Shown here: piece by piece, positions 27,852 to 39,967 of the stretch | Layout of the letters: each line of letters begins with the position of its first letter | How positions within the stretch are numbered: the stretch's first letter is position 1 | Source: Octopus sinensis | Lineage: Eukaryota | Reading direction: 5' to 3' | DNA length: 64,000 bases | Assembly: GCF_006345805.1 (NCBI RefSeq) | Contig: NC_042998.1 | Span: 182,962,001 to 183,026,000, forward strand | Program-made: the position numbers and the translations under genes | Notes under the pieces: generated by a model | Seen by the model: the letters and a program-made list of their open reading frames with translations, nothing else | The model's database searches: none | What the model was told of the DNA's origin: nothing

Positions 27852-28459
27852 GTGAGTTTTGCCCTTTTTCACTATAATAACTCTGTTGTATTTTATTTGT
27901 TCATTTGCAAATAGAAATGGTTTACAGTGTAGACTCTATGGTCATGCTGCATTATTTAATCATCTTCCAGTGATTTCATAGAGATAAAGAAATGATCAAT
28001 GAGGGTGTGTGTGTGTGTGTTTACCGAGTGCATGGAAGTGGGTGTCTGACGTCTATGCATGTGTTTCTGTCAGCCTCCCGATCTCTTTAAAGGCTGACCA
28101 GATACCAAGACTCCACCAGCTTCTTGTTCAGCTCTGTGGTCCAAGAAATTCTCCTTTTTGATGCATCTGGTATCACTGACATGCTGATTTCATTTCTAAC
28201 AACATCATATGAAGCCTGGCACATCTGTCTGACTTACTGTCTCCAATGAAACTATCTAACCAATGCCAACATGGGAAACAGATGTTAAATTATGATGATG
28301 ATATAGTGTGAATTTAATCAGACAGTATACAACCAGTGTTTAGAATTCCATGTGCATCTTTATACATTGAAAGAGAAAGTTGTGAAGAATATTCATATTA
28401 TCATTAAAGTTTCGTTCTACAGATCTTCATAGTTGCAAAAATCGTATATACAGATATGA

Positions 28460-28500
<41 letters not shown>

Positions 28501-29619
28501 TGAACTAGAAAAAATATGGAGATTATTTTAAGAAAGCATTGTAGAAATTAATGGAATTTTGAAAGATTGACAGAAGGCTGTGTTAGTATTTTCTAATTAA
28601 CAAGAAGGCTAGATTAGTAATCAGACTATTGTTGCAACAGTGTGTTTATTTTGTCGTCGTCATCATCATGGCCATCATCATCATCATCATCATCAACAAA
28701 TTCATCATTATTGTTGACATTTTCACAATTATCATCAATAGCATTACCATCACTGTTATGATGATTGCCAAATGAAATAGTGAAGTTGTTACAGTGGGAG
28801 AGGCTGTGGTGGGGATACATTAACAATGACAGTGAAGAAAAAGGATCCAAGATCCTTCCCAAGCCATCAGCTCAAAAGCCCAGTTTCCTGCAAAAGCTCA
28901 GTTTCCCCACCTCGCCAGTTCACTGGTCCATCACAGAATTATTCATGTTTGCCTGCTAAGTGGACTGGAGCAATGTGAAATGAAGCTTTTTTTTGTTTTT
29001 AGCTTGTTTCAGTCATTAGACTGTGACCATGCTGGGACCTTGAAGAATTTTAGTTGGACAAATTGACCCCCTAATACTTCTTTTCCTTAAGCTTGGTACT
29101 TATTCTATCAGTCTCTTGTGCCAAACTTCTAAGGGGACATGAACACACTAATGCCAGTTGTGTGTGTGTGTGTGACAAGCTTCTTTCAGTTTCTGGTACC
29201 AAAGCTTTGGTTGGGCCAAGACTATAGTAGAAGACACTTGTCCAAGGTGCCAGCTGTGAGACTGAACCTGGAACCATGTGGTCGGGAAGGAAGCTTCTTA
29301 CCACACAGCCATTCCTTGGCCCAGGAATCAGAACAACAATCTTACAATCATAGGTAAACAACCTACCCCACTAAGCATTGTGCTTTTACAAAATAGCAAT
29401 AGTAGTTTCAAATTTTAATGCAAGACAAGAGGTTTTATTGCAGGGAAGTGAGTCAAATACATCAGTCCCAGTACTTTACTAGTACTTTATTTTATGGGCC
29501 TTGGAAGGATGAAAGGCAAAGCTGACCTTGCCAAGATTGCAGCTCAGAACAGAATGAATTGGAAAAAATTACACGAAACATTTTGCCCAACATGCTAATA
29601 ATTGTACTAGCTTGCCACT

Positions 29620-30058
29620 TCATGACTTCCAGACAGACAAGGTATTAGAGCACCGAAGGGTGGATATAGTAACCTTTAGGAAAGACAAACAAGAGTGCCT
29701 AATAATTGATGTGGCAGTACCTGGAGATCAACATATCATGAAAGAAAGAGAAAAGATTGATAAATATGGAGACCTGAGAATTGAGGTCGCTAAGATGTGG
29801 TAGCTACGAGAGTCAAATATAAAGGTTATCCCTATTGTCATCAGAGCATTGGGTTCAATACCATCCAATCTGAAAAAAACATCTGAAAACTTTAGAAATA
29901 CCCTACAATCTAGAATTATTGCAAAAGCCAGTATTACTTGGAAATGCACACATATTGCGTAAAGTAGTCTGTCTGAGGTCCTTGTCAAACAGTACAACCC
30001 CCAGTAGACACAATATCTTCAATCAACAACCTCTCAAACTTGTATACTGTGTGACATC

Positions 30059-30120
<62 letters not shown>
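29620..30120 (+). mobile_element. RLE-type (R4/NeSL-like) non-LTR retrotransposon 3' fragment with (TAA)n tail
   Basis: HRRVDIV..CLIIDVAVPGD..KEREKIDKYGDL followed by VIPIVIRALGSIP, the PD..D restriction-like endonuclease region. Confidence 0.8.
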
Positions 30121-30121
<1 letters not shown>

Positions 30122-30937
30122 TTCTTACATTGGCACAAGGCTTGGGTAGGGAATAGTTGACATATCAACACTAGTACTTGACTGATATTTTAATTTATTA
30201 ACCCCAAAAAGTTGAAAGGCAAAATTGGTCTTGGCAGGATTTGAAATTGGAGTGTAAAAGTTGCAAAAAGTGCCATAAGGCATTTTGTCCAACATTCTAA
30301 TTCTCTCATTAGTAATAGTAACAATCATCATAATCGTCATCATCATTATCATCACTGGATAGTTTAAGAGTGTGGGGATAGTGAGAGTATTGAAACATAG
30401 TCTCAGCTACTGCTGCCACCATCATCATAATTATCTCCCAGGCCATGATAATATTAACCTCTACCTCCTGTTTATGACCATCATCATTATCATCAATGTC
30501 AACATTGTTATCATCGTCATTTACAACGAACAGTGAGAGAACATCTACAAGCCAATAAGGAAACCATTGCATGTTTGCTGAACCTGCAAGAAGTAGCAGC
30601 CAAAATCTCCCTCAAATCACATCTTGTTATCTTAAAAAGAAAAAAAAATTGGATAATGTTGTCTAACTGTCTGAAAAAAACAAAGGCAGGATTATCATAG
30701 CTAGAATTCCCTTAATTGTAGCTCTGCCCAATCAAGGCTGACCTGTAATTAAACAATAAAATCATCCCCACCATCATTGTCATAACCATCTTAATCACTA
30801 TCAGCTTTATTTTCATCTCCTTAGAGTTTTTCTCATTTTTTCACAACCAAACAGATTTGTAATATAATTGAATTATTGAATTTTTTTGACTTGTCTTATC
30901 CCTTCATCTTATATCTATCTTTTACTTTGTCTTGTAG

Positions 30938-31108
30938 ATTGAAAATTCCGGTGATCCTTTCTTGGACTTCAAAAATCCAAACAGTATGACGTATTGGGAG
31001 TGTTTATACTTTTTACTGGTTACCATGTCAACTGTGGGATTTGGAGATATCTATGCCAAAACAGTTCTCGGCAGAATATTTATTGTACTATTCATCCTAT
31101 GTTCATTG
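30938..31108 (+). CDS. KCNMA1: Slo/BK exon, pore helix, selectivity filter and start of S6 (IENSGDP...[39 protein letters not shown])
   Basis: tttgtcttgtag acceptor, TTG|gtaagt donor; 171 nt, phase 0 to 0; TVGFGD K+ filter. Confidence 0.97.
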
Positions 31109-31814
31109 GTAAGTAAATCTTATTTGCCGTTATTCTTTCAATAGCATTTAATCTAAGCCATTATTAGGGTCAGGCATTAAACTAAAAGATTCTGCATGGT
31201 TATTTGACCTGCTAGAAATAGCAACCAACTCTCCTTCAAATCATACAATGGGTGCAGAGATGGCTGTATGGTTATGTTGGCATAGCTGTATGATTAAGGA
31301 GTTCATTTTGCAACCCATGTGGTTGTGGGTTCAATCCTACTTTGTTGCTCTTGGAGTAAATGTCTTCTGCCATTGTTTCATAGTAAATACTTTCTGAATT
31401 TTGTGTAGCTGGAATCTATGTTGAAACCAGTTATAGGCATAATGTAACCCAAGATATATTATGCAGAATGGTTACTGCAGGATCAAGGCTGACCTGGGGT
31501 CAAAACACAACAACATTATGCCAATATAGGAATCTCTACAAAGTCATTCAACTGGATAGAAATTGCAACTAAATCTCCCTCAAATTACGTTCTGTTGTCT
31601 TAAGATTATGAAATAAACATTGGTTAATATAGTCCTAAAATCACTGTAACAGAGTTGAATTGAACAACTGGGGCTAAGCAACAACAACAACATCGTTTTA
31701 GTAAGTATGATAAAGGTGTAATGATGATGATGATATAATATTTCTGGAAAAATTATATTTATTAGGCTTATGTTATAAATGCTTTCCAAGGAATAATTGA
31801 TGAGGTGCTGCTGT

Positions 31815-31995
31815 GACCATGCGGTTGGAAGTTTGCTTCTTAACCTCATGGTTCCCGGTTCAATCCCACTGCTGCACCTTGAGCAAGTGTTTTCAACTAT
31901 AGCTTTGAACCAACCAAAGACTTGTGACTGGATTTAGTTGATGGACACTGAAAGAAGCCTATTGTGTGTGTGTGTATGTGTGATATATGTGTGTG

Positions 31996-32046
<51 letters not shown>

Positions 32047-32488
32047 AAAAGTAAAAAAATATACAAACTGGGACAAGAACGTGAAACATTTAGAAGACGA
32101 CACAAAAACACGGACAGAACATTCGAAGCCCTCAATCATCAGTCAAGAACCGGATCATCTTCGCAATTTCGGCTGATTAATCTTGAAATTGCTCCAATCT
32201 GGTCAGCCCCCAGGGGAAATCTAAGCCAAGCGCATTAGATTCCTTGGAAGAAAGCCTCGAATGTATACAACACAGGGATGGAAAACGGACGATGTTACAC
32301 GAATAAAAATACAAAAATACGTAAAAACAATAATGATAGCACGAATAAGAATGACTGATGATTGAGGGCTTCGAATGTCCTGTCCGTGTTTTTGTGTCGT
32401 CTTCTAAATGTTTCACGTTCTTGTCCCAGTTTGTATATTTTTTTACTTTTACATATATACATGGCGGCTACGTACCCACTTTTTAACC

Positions 32489-32522
<34 letters not shown>

Positions 32523-32800
32523 ATTTGTGTTTTTGTGTGTGTGCCTTTGTAATTGTGATTGTCCCCCACCACCACTTGATAACCAGTGTTGGTTTGTTTA
32601 TGCCTCCATAACTTAGTGGTTTGGCAAAATAGACAGAATAAGTAACATAGCAGCTCAACTTGCTGTTTATTGTCGGCTATCTCAGGGAATTTGCTGACTA
32701 AGTCACCACCAATTATCAGAGCAGACGTAGCCTGATATCTAACAGGTTCTAGAGACATGCTTTAGCAAAAGCTTTGCTTCCAGTGGTCTTCCAGTATGCT
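31815..32800 (+). mobile_element. SINE family B interrupted by an inverted-repeat element
   Basis: Head at 31815-32040; body resumes at ~32490. Confidence 0.7.
32044..32453. repeat. Inverted-repeat element: 102-bp arms, ~206-bp spacer
   Basis: 32044-32145 versus 32352-32453; one mismatch seen. Confidence 0.9.
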
Positions 32801-33098
32801 GTGCGCCAGCCCAGAATTTCTGAGGGCCCATGCTATTGCTAGATAGTCATTGAACCTACATTAGGTTTATCTATTCTTGATCTACTAGGAACTGCAGCCA
32901 AATCTCCTTCAAATGACATCTTTGCCATTTTAGAAAAGCCTTCTCACTTCCTTAAAACACTTTCTATTTCTTCAAAGTAGCTGGATGTGTACCCTTCCCC
33001 TTCACAAAATCTCACTCATTGCAATTTTATCTCTTCCTTCTGATATACCAGTCTCAAACCTACTAGCTTTTGTCCAGGTATTTTTATCCAATACTTCT

Positions 33099-33168
<70 letters not shown>

Positions 33169-34858
33169 CAACAACAAATCTCTGAAATTCCCCTAATCTG
33201 AGTCATTTGAGAGTTAAATGAATGAATCAGAAACACATCATAGTTCCATTGATAGCATGATTCACCAATATCTTTACTAATTTTCTAATATCTTGTCCAC
33301 CTAACTGTCTGTGCTCTCCCCCTCAGATTAACTAATAAAGAAAAGAGAAAATTAAAATCAAGTACATTTAACTTCAGAATCCATAGTGAGATACGAGATA
33401 TGAACTCATTATCAAAAAAGTATAATGTATCCACTCAGCCACTGCTTCTCACAAACTTTAATGATGAAAGAGAAAAGTCCAGAGCAATATCAGATTTGAT
33501 CCTATTTCTAATAATTAGGTTTGATTCTGTAACATTTGATCTCTGACCCCATAGTCGCTGTACTTTTACTAGTCAAAACGTATCTGTATTCTCTTTGCAT
33601 CTGCTCTTTTATAGCTCTGACCTCAACATTTTCCCTTCTACTATAAGAAAAAAAAAACAACCTACCTATGAGTTTTTCTCAGGCACTTCAGAATTAACAT
33701 CAGTAGACATAATAATGATGATGGCTATGATGATAAGGAGAAGGAGGGATGTTCTAGGAATTAATACATGATAAGCATAAAAAGTATGATGGCTATTTTT
33801 TTCAACCCACTTCAAGAATTATTATCCATATGCCTCTACCATTTCACCTGATGCTAAATAAATTATTTAACTAATGTCTATCATGGACCACCTATAAGAT
33901 TTCAAGCAAGTTTTCCATTCCTTTCTTCTGTCAGTGTATGCCAATTAATTGAAATTTCTGGCAATAACAATATTTTTCATATTTTTTTTACTATATACAC
34001 AAATACGCACACATTTGCACATACATAGATCTACATCTCTCTCTCCCTCTCTCTCTATCTATCTATCTATCTATCTCTTTCCCTCTGTACCTCTTGCTTT
34101 TTCTTTTTTTCTCTATCCCTACATATATATAGTGTGTGTATGTATGTATGTGTGTGTGTATGTATGTATGTATGTATGTATGTATGTATGTATGTGTGTG
34201 TTTGTAGGTGTGTATGTATGTGTGAATGTAGGCTGTAGCCATACTGGATTAGTATCATACACACATTCTTACACATACATACACATGTACATCATTTTGA
34301 AGAAGCTCTTTTTTTATTACAAACTGAATCAAACAACTTTGAGAAACACATTTTGTTGCTTATAAAATATAAAAAAAGCATTCTATTTCCTTTGTGGGGT
34401 TTTGTTTGTTTTGTTTTGTTTTTCTGTGTTGCTCATTGGCTTTATTTGAAAATAAAATACCTTCAAACTATTTCACTGGAACAGTATTTATTAACTGGAC
34501 TATTAACCTAATCTTTCATATTACATTCAGCACTGCATTTTCATTAGTACATTCTCTGATCATATTTTTGCTGCTCTGTTTTTATATAACACACATATCT
34601 TTGTGTCTGTATATTATAGATATCTAAATGGATTATGTTCAGAAAACACCGACCCACTAAACTACCAAGCATGTTTCATTTTGCACAGCCTAGGATCTGC
34701 CCATACCTTGTAACTGAAATTAGGTAGCTGGGACCTGTGTAGAACCACATTGAAGGAATTGTATCTGTAATTCAAAAGTACAGCCTTGTCACATACTGTG
34801 TCCTGCTGGTTCTGCCTTAGAAATACATTATGTGTACATGTGTGTGTGAAAGAGCCTC

Positions 34859-35260
34859 TGGCGGTGAGCTGGTAGAAACATTAACATGCCGGGCGAAATG
34901 CGTAGCCATATTTCGTCTGGCGTTACGTTCTAAGTTCAAATTCCGCCGAGGTCGACTTTGCCTTTCATTCTTTCGGGGTCGATAAATAAAGTACTAGTTT
35001 CGCACTGGGGTCGATGTAATCGACTTAATCCCTTTGTTTGTCCTATGTTTAGCCCCTTGTGGGTAGTAAAGAAATAGGTAATTCGTCTGCTGCTCCGTTC
35101 TGAGTTCAAATTCCGCTGAGGCCAACTTTGCCTTTCATCCTTTCAGGGTCGATAAATAAAGTACCAGTTTCGTACTGGGGTCGATGTAATTGACTTGATC
35201 TCTTTGTCTGTCCTTGTTTGTCCCTTCTATGTTTAGCCCTTTGTGGGCGATAAAGAAATA
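34859..35260 (+). mobile_element. SINE family C with duplicated body
   Basis: The ~175-bp body occurs twice. Confidence 0.78.
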
Positions 35261-35991
35261 ATATGTTGATCTGATGAGCAAGTTGATTGAACAACTGAAT
35301 TCTCTTTCTCAAACAATGGAGATACATCCATCCATGTGTGTATTGTTTTCTTTGAGATTTATTCAAAGAACTTCTCCATGAAGTTCAAATCAGTTGCTAT
35401 CAGAATGACAAGACTTTTAGAGTTAAGACAACTTTTGGTGTTTGTAAACATGTGGTTGAACTAGTGTGTGCATGTACGTAAGTGTATGCATCAGCGTTTA
35501 TGTTCTGCATGAACATTGTTAGTACTCAGGTGTTTGTTTGTATATGTGTGTCTATGTACCCTTCTACTTGTTTCAGTCATTTGACTGTGGCCATGCTGGA
35601 GCACCGCCTTTTAGTCGAGCAAATCAACTCCAGGACTTATTCTTTGGAAGCCTAGTACTTATTCTGTCGGTCTCTTTTGCTGAACCGCTAAGTTACGGGG
35701 GACGTAAACACACCACCATCAGATGTCAATCAAGCGATGTTGGGGGGACAAACACAGACATACAAACACACACACACACACATATATTGCCGGTGGCACG
35801 TAAAAAGCACCCACTACACTCACGGAGTGGTTGGCGTTAGGAAGGGCATCCAGCTGTAGAAACACTGCCAGATCAGACTGGGCCTGGTGCAGCCTTCTGG
35901 CTTCCCAGACCCCAGTTGAACCGTCCAACCCATGCTAGCATGGAAAGCGGACGTTAATCGATGATGATGATGATAATATGTATATATATAT

Positions 35992-36023
<32 letters not shown>

Positions 36024-36567
36024 ATCATATCAAAGAGAAATGGAATTTAATTAAAATTAAAAGCATTTAATCTAAATTTACATTTCCAGTGGTTATAGAA
36101 CATAGCTGTTCTTTCTAGCGTGTAGAATCCCTATAAGTGGATTCCCTATGTGTTTAAATATATATATATATACACACACATATATACAATGGGCTTCTTT
36201 CAGTTTCTGTCTACCAAATCCACTCACAAGGCTTTGGTCGACCCAAGGCTATAGTAGAAGACACTTGCCCAAGGTGCCATGCAGTGAGGCATGATTACTT
36301 TTCACATGTGTCTTGTGTCTTTGTAGATACACACAACCAAGCATGTGTATATATTCATTTAAAGAATCTTAAATGGAGAGACTTTGGAATGTCTTACAAA
36401 TTGTTACTGTACCACTAATAGATTGGATTTGAAGGATAATTGTCTGTTCCTCTTGCTTTTTCTTAGAAAACCCTTGTATGTATATGCATGTGTGCATGTA
36501 TGTATATGTATGTGTGCATGTATGTATATGTATGTGTGCATGTATGTATATGTATGCATCTTTTTAT

Positions 36568-37320
36568 CTTTTACTGGTTTCAGTCATTAGACTGTGGCCA
36601 TGCTGAGGCATCACCTTGAAGAATTTTTTAGTTGAATGAATTGATCCCACTATTTATTTTCATTAAGTCTGCTAGTTATTCCATCAGTTCCTTTTGTTCA
36701 ACCGCTAAGTTATGGGATGTAAACACACCAGCACCAGTTCCCAAGCAGTAGTGGGGGACAACACATACACAAAGACATGCACACACACATAGAAATATAT
36801 ATGTGTGTATATATATATATATATATTTCGTTTTTGGATTTGGTTTGCAAGATTCTTTATATAAGTTCGTGTGTTGAAGTATATACTGTTGTGTCTGGGG
36901 AGAGTCATTTTCTTTTTGTGCCTTATAATATAACACACTCACCGGTAAAATTTGCACTTCTTTCTTATTTTTATTCTCCTAAAATTTTCGTTGTGTCTTG
37001 CAACCTTTTCAATAGTTTTTGAGTCAAAACTATCGAAAAGGTTGCAAGACGCAACGAAAATTTTAGGAGAATAAAAATAAGAAAGAAGTGCAAATTTTAC
37101 CGGCGAGTGTGTTATATTATAAGGCACAAAAAGAAAATGACTCTCCCCAGACACAACAGTATATATATATATATATATATGACAGGCTTCTCTCAATTTC
37201 CATCTCCCAAATCTACTCACAAGGCTTTGGTCAGCCCAAAACTATAGTAGAAACACTTAACCAAGGTGCTACTTGCCCTGTAATTGAGAAGCAAGCTTCT
37301 TACCACACAGCCACAACTGT
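36568..37320 (-). mobile_element. SINE family B interrupted by a palindromic element
   Basis: 3' half at 36568-36820, 5' half at 37165-37320. Confidence 0.7.
36824..37165. repeat. Palindromic element family P1, near-perfect ~140-bp arms
   Basis: Centre ttttgaGtcaaaa at 37023. Confidence 0.9.
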
Positions 37321-37782
37321 GCTTATGCATACATATTTATATAAGCAAACTCCAGAATATTAAGTGCAGAGTATATGCTGTTTGTTTCGGTACTCCTATT
37401 TGTACTCGTTCATTTGTTCATCTTTACATCCATTTTTCTAGGCTGGCCTGAGTTAACTAAATATATCATTGGTGCATTGTTTTACAGCTACTAACTTTTG
37501 TTAGTTAAGTAAGGAATATCAAATTCCACTCATCTTCAAAAGTGTGAAGCCAGCAAATGACTAATTGACAATGGAAATGACACAAACATCACTGCACTGA
37601 TAAGACAATATCAAAAGTTCTTAAGAATCAGTCATTATAGCTAGCATTTGGTGACCTGAGGAATGCCTTTGAAAGGTACCACACTTTGTTGTTCAGTTGT
37701 TATTAAGAAAGTTATCAATAGTTGAGGGCTTGTGAAAGCCCTGCAGCCCATGTACAGAGAAGCTATTAGCTTCTGAGATTGA

Positions 37783-38041
37783 GGTTCGGAGAAGAAACCA
37801 TTGCTCATGGTTTATCTGCTAACTAGAGACTTAGTCTAAACCAGTGGTTCTCTTTTTACCTATGGACTCCATTGATTCCCACTCTATTCTACTGGACTCC
37901 CATGTTTAAAAAAATCATATTAAATATTAGGAATTGTATATAAAAAAAATTGAAGTATAAGCAATTTATTGCTCATAAACTTTAACAAAAAACTTTTATA
38001 TGGACCCTCAAGTGTCATATAGACCTCACTTGAGAACCACT
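37783..38041. mobile_element. hAT-like MITE
   Basis: Ends cagtggttctc ... gagaaccactg; a related degenerate copy lies at ~40375-40622. Confidence 0.6.
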
Positions 38042-39921
38042 GATATAAATGATTGCAGTTGCATGGAATTTGTTAAACACATCCAGGACCAAGAAGTTGG
38101 GGGATTAAGCTGGGCATCAGATGTATAAGTACAGCCTATCCAATACACTTTTATGCAGTTTCCTTCTATCTAATTTCATTGACAGGCTTTATACATCGAT
38201 AGAGGCACTTCAGTAACTGAGTAATTAACACTTTAACTATGAAATTAAATTTCATGGTAATTCCAGTGAGAATGTTAAATATCTACCAAAAATATATAAT
38301 TGGTAATTCCTGAGTACAATTGACATATCTCAACAGAAAACAGTTTCAAACATGACATTTCTCAACAAAAGATAGATTGGTATATAAAACTGTTTTTCAC
38401 AGATAGAAGTAAGGAAATTTTGAGTGGATGTATCTGATTTTTACAGTAAAAGGGTTAAGCTATTAATCTTTCAGCTGAACAACTGATTTTATATCCCATC
38501 TTTAGAATTATACTCTGCCCAACAGATAGATATTAAACCCTTATCTGAGAGTAGAGAATTTAGAAAGTTAGAAAACAGCTAATGATATGATGATGGTGCA
38601 ATCTCTACATGGCCATACGTTCTGCAAGAAGTGGCAGCCAAATCTTTTTTATTCCTAGTCAGGAAATGAAGGGAAGTATTCATGACCCTTTCAGAGATTC
38701 TATGACTGACTGGAGGAAGAGCATAAATTGTCCTCTCACTTGCCCTAAACTAAATGCTTGCAACTAGGAAGACACCACTAAAGACACCCACGAGACAAGA
38801 GATGAAGTTAAACTGGCCATGAGATCAAGTCTTAAATTTAGTAGTAGCATTGCAGTGGTTCTTGGTGCCTAAGAGCAAGAACAATTTTGGAACGCCCATT
38901 TTAATTAACAAACATGGTGAGCCACAGTAAATTTTGCAACTCTTCATATCTGTACTCATCCCAAATAATTTTCTTACTGCTACAATTTAATGCACAAAAG
39001 AGAACGTTTTCAGTGGTGCTGCAGCAACTTTGTACATTGAGAGGACATTCATATATTATTTTTCAAGGTATGGTGAGTCATAAAAGAATTTATGATTTTC
39101 CTGGAATAAAGACAAAATATGTTGACAATGTAAGAATCATCAGTGAAACCATAGAACTTTCTTGTTGAATAAACTGTCTTTGTAGAAAGTAATATCATTA
39201 ATAATTCAAGCCCTTTCTTTTGAAATATCTGGGTTATGTTTCTTGATTGCCAACACTAATATTCACTTGGGTATCATCAAACTGCTATTTTGGTGATATC
39301 AGCTGTTGGCACCACTTTATTTCCTCTGCTTCACAAACACAGCACTGCTGTTTGGAACGTTAGTATTCCTATCTTGCCAATTTTCTTTCAGCAGGTGCAG
39401 AAAAGAGGCACAATGCTTTTTATATTGCAAATATAAATAGGTCAAAAGCCTTGTGAGTTTTGGATTAGTTAAAGGTAAACACGACTGAGATGTTATAAGT
39501 GACCTTGATTAAAATATGACCTTGACTAATGATCTAGAGATTCTACTCATCAATTCACTTCATATTTCATTTAACTAAACTAATCCTTAAGTTGAAAAGA
39601 AATCTATAACAGAATTTGTCAATAATACTTTCAAATTTGCTTTTTATATTCTCCTCACCCCTTTCTCTTCCTTCCTCTTAAATTTAGCAGTAGCATAACA
39701 AGGTTTCTATGTACCTGAAGCAAAGACAATTTAGGCACACCTATTTCAATTAACAGACATAAGTGAGAGTGTTTTTTGTACCTCTTCACACTTGCACCTG
39801 GGGATATCTACAACCCCATATCTTGATTACTTCCTCTTTTTCTGTAATCCAATTTCGAAAGGTATGTGGATGTGCATATTTATATGTACATGTATACATA
39901 TTGACACATACATACATGCAT

Positions 39922-39967
<46 letters not shown>

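Noticed and set aside
31109-31800. Editing-complementary sequences for the pore and S6 exons
   Set aside because: No intronic complement seen by eye; needs a folding or BLAST search
32354-32380. CTGATGA in the inverted-repeat arm as a hammerhead
   Set aside because: Followed by GAAT rather than GAAA, with no convincing stem II
37442-37508. Exon-like segment (tttttctag ... gtaagg) in the pore-S6 intron
   Set aside because: 67 nt, in-frame stop after four codons, no Slo similarity
39100-39430. Possible decayed transposase on the minus strand
   Set aside because: Many stops and no motif I can name
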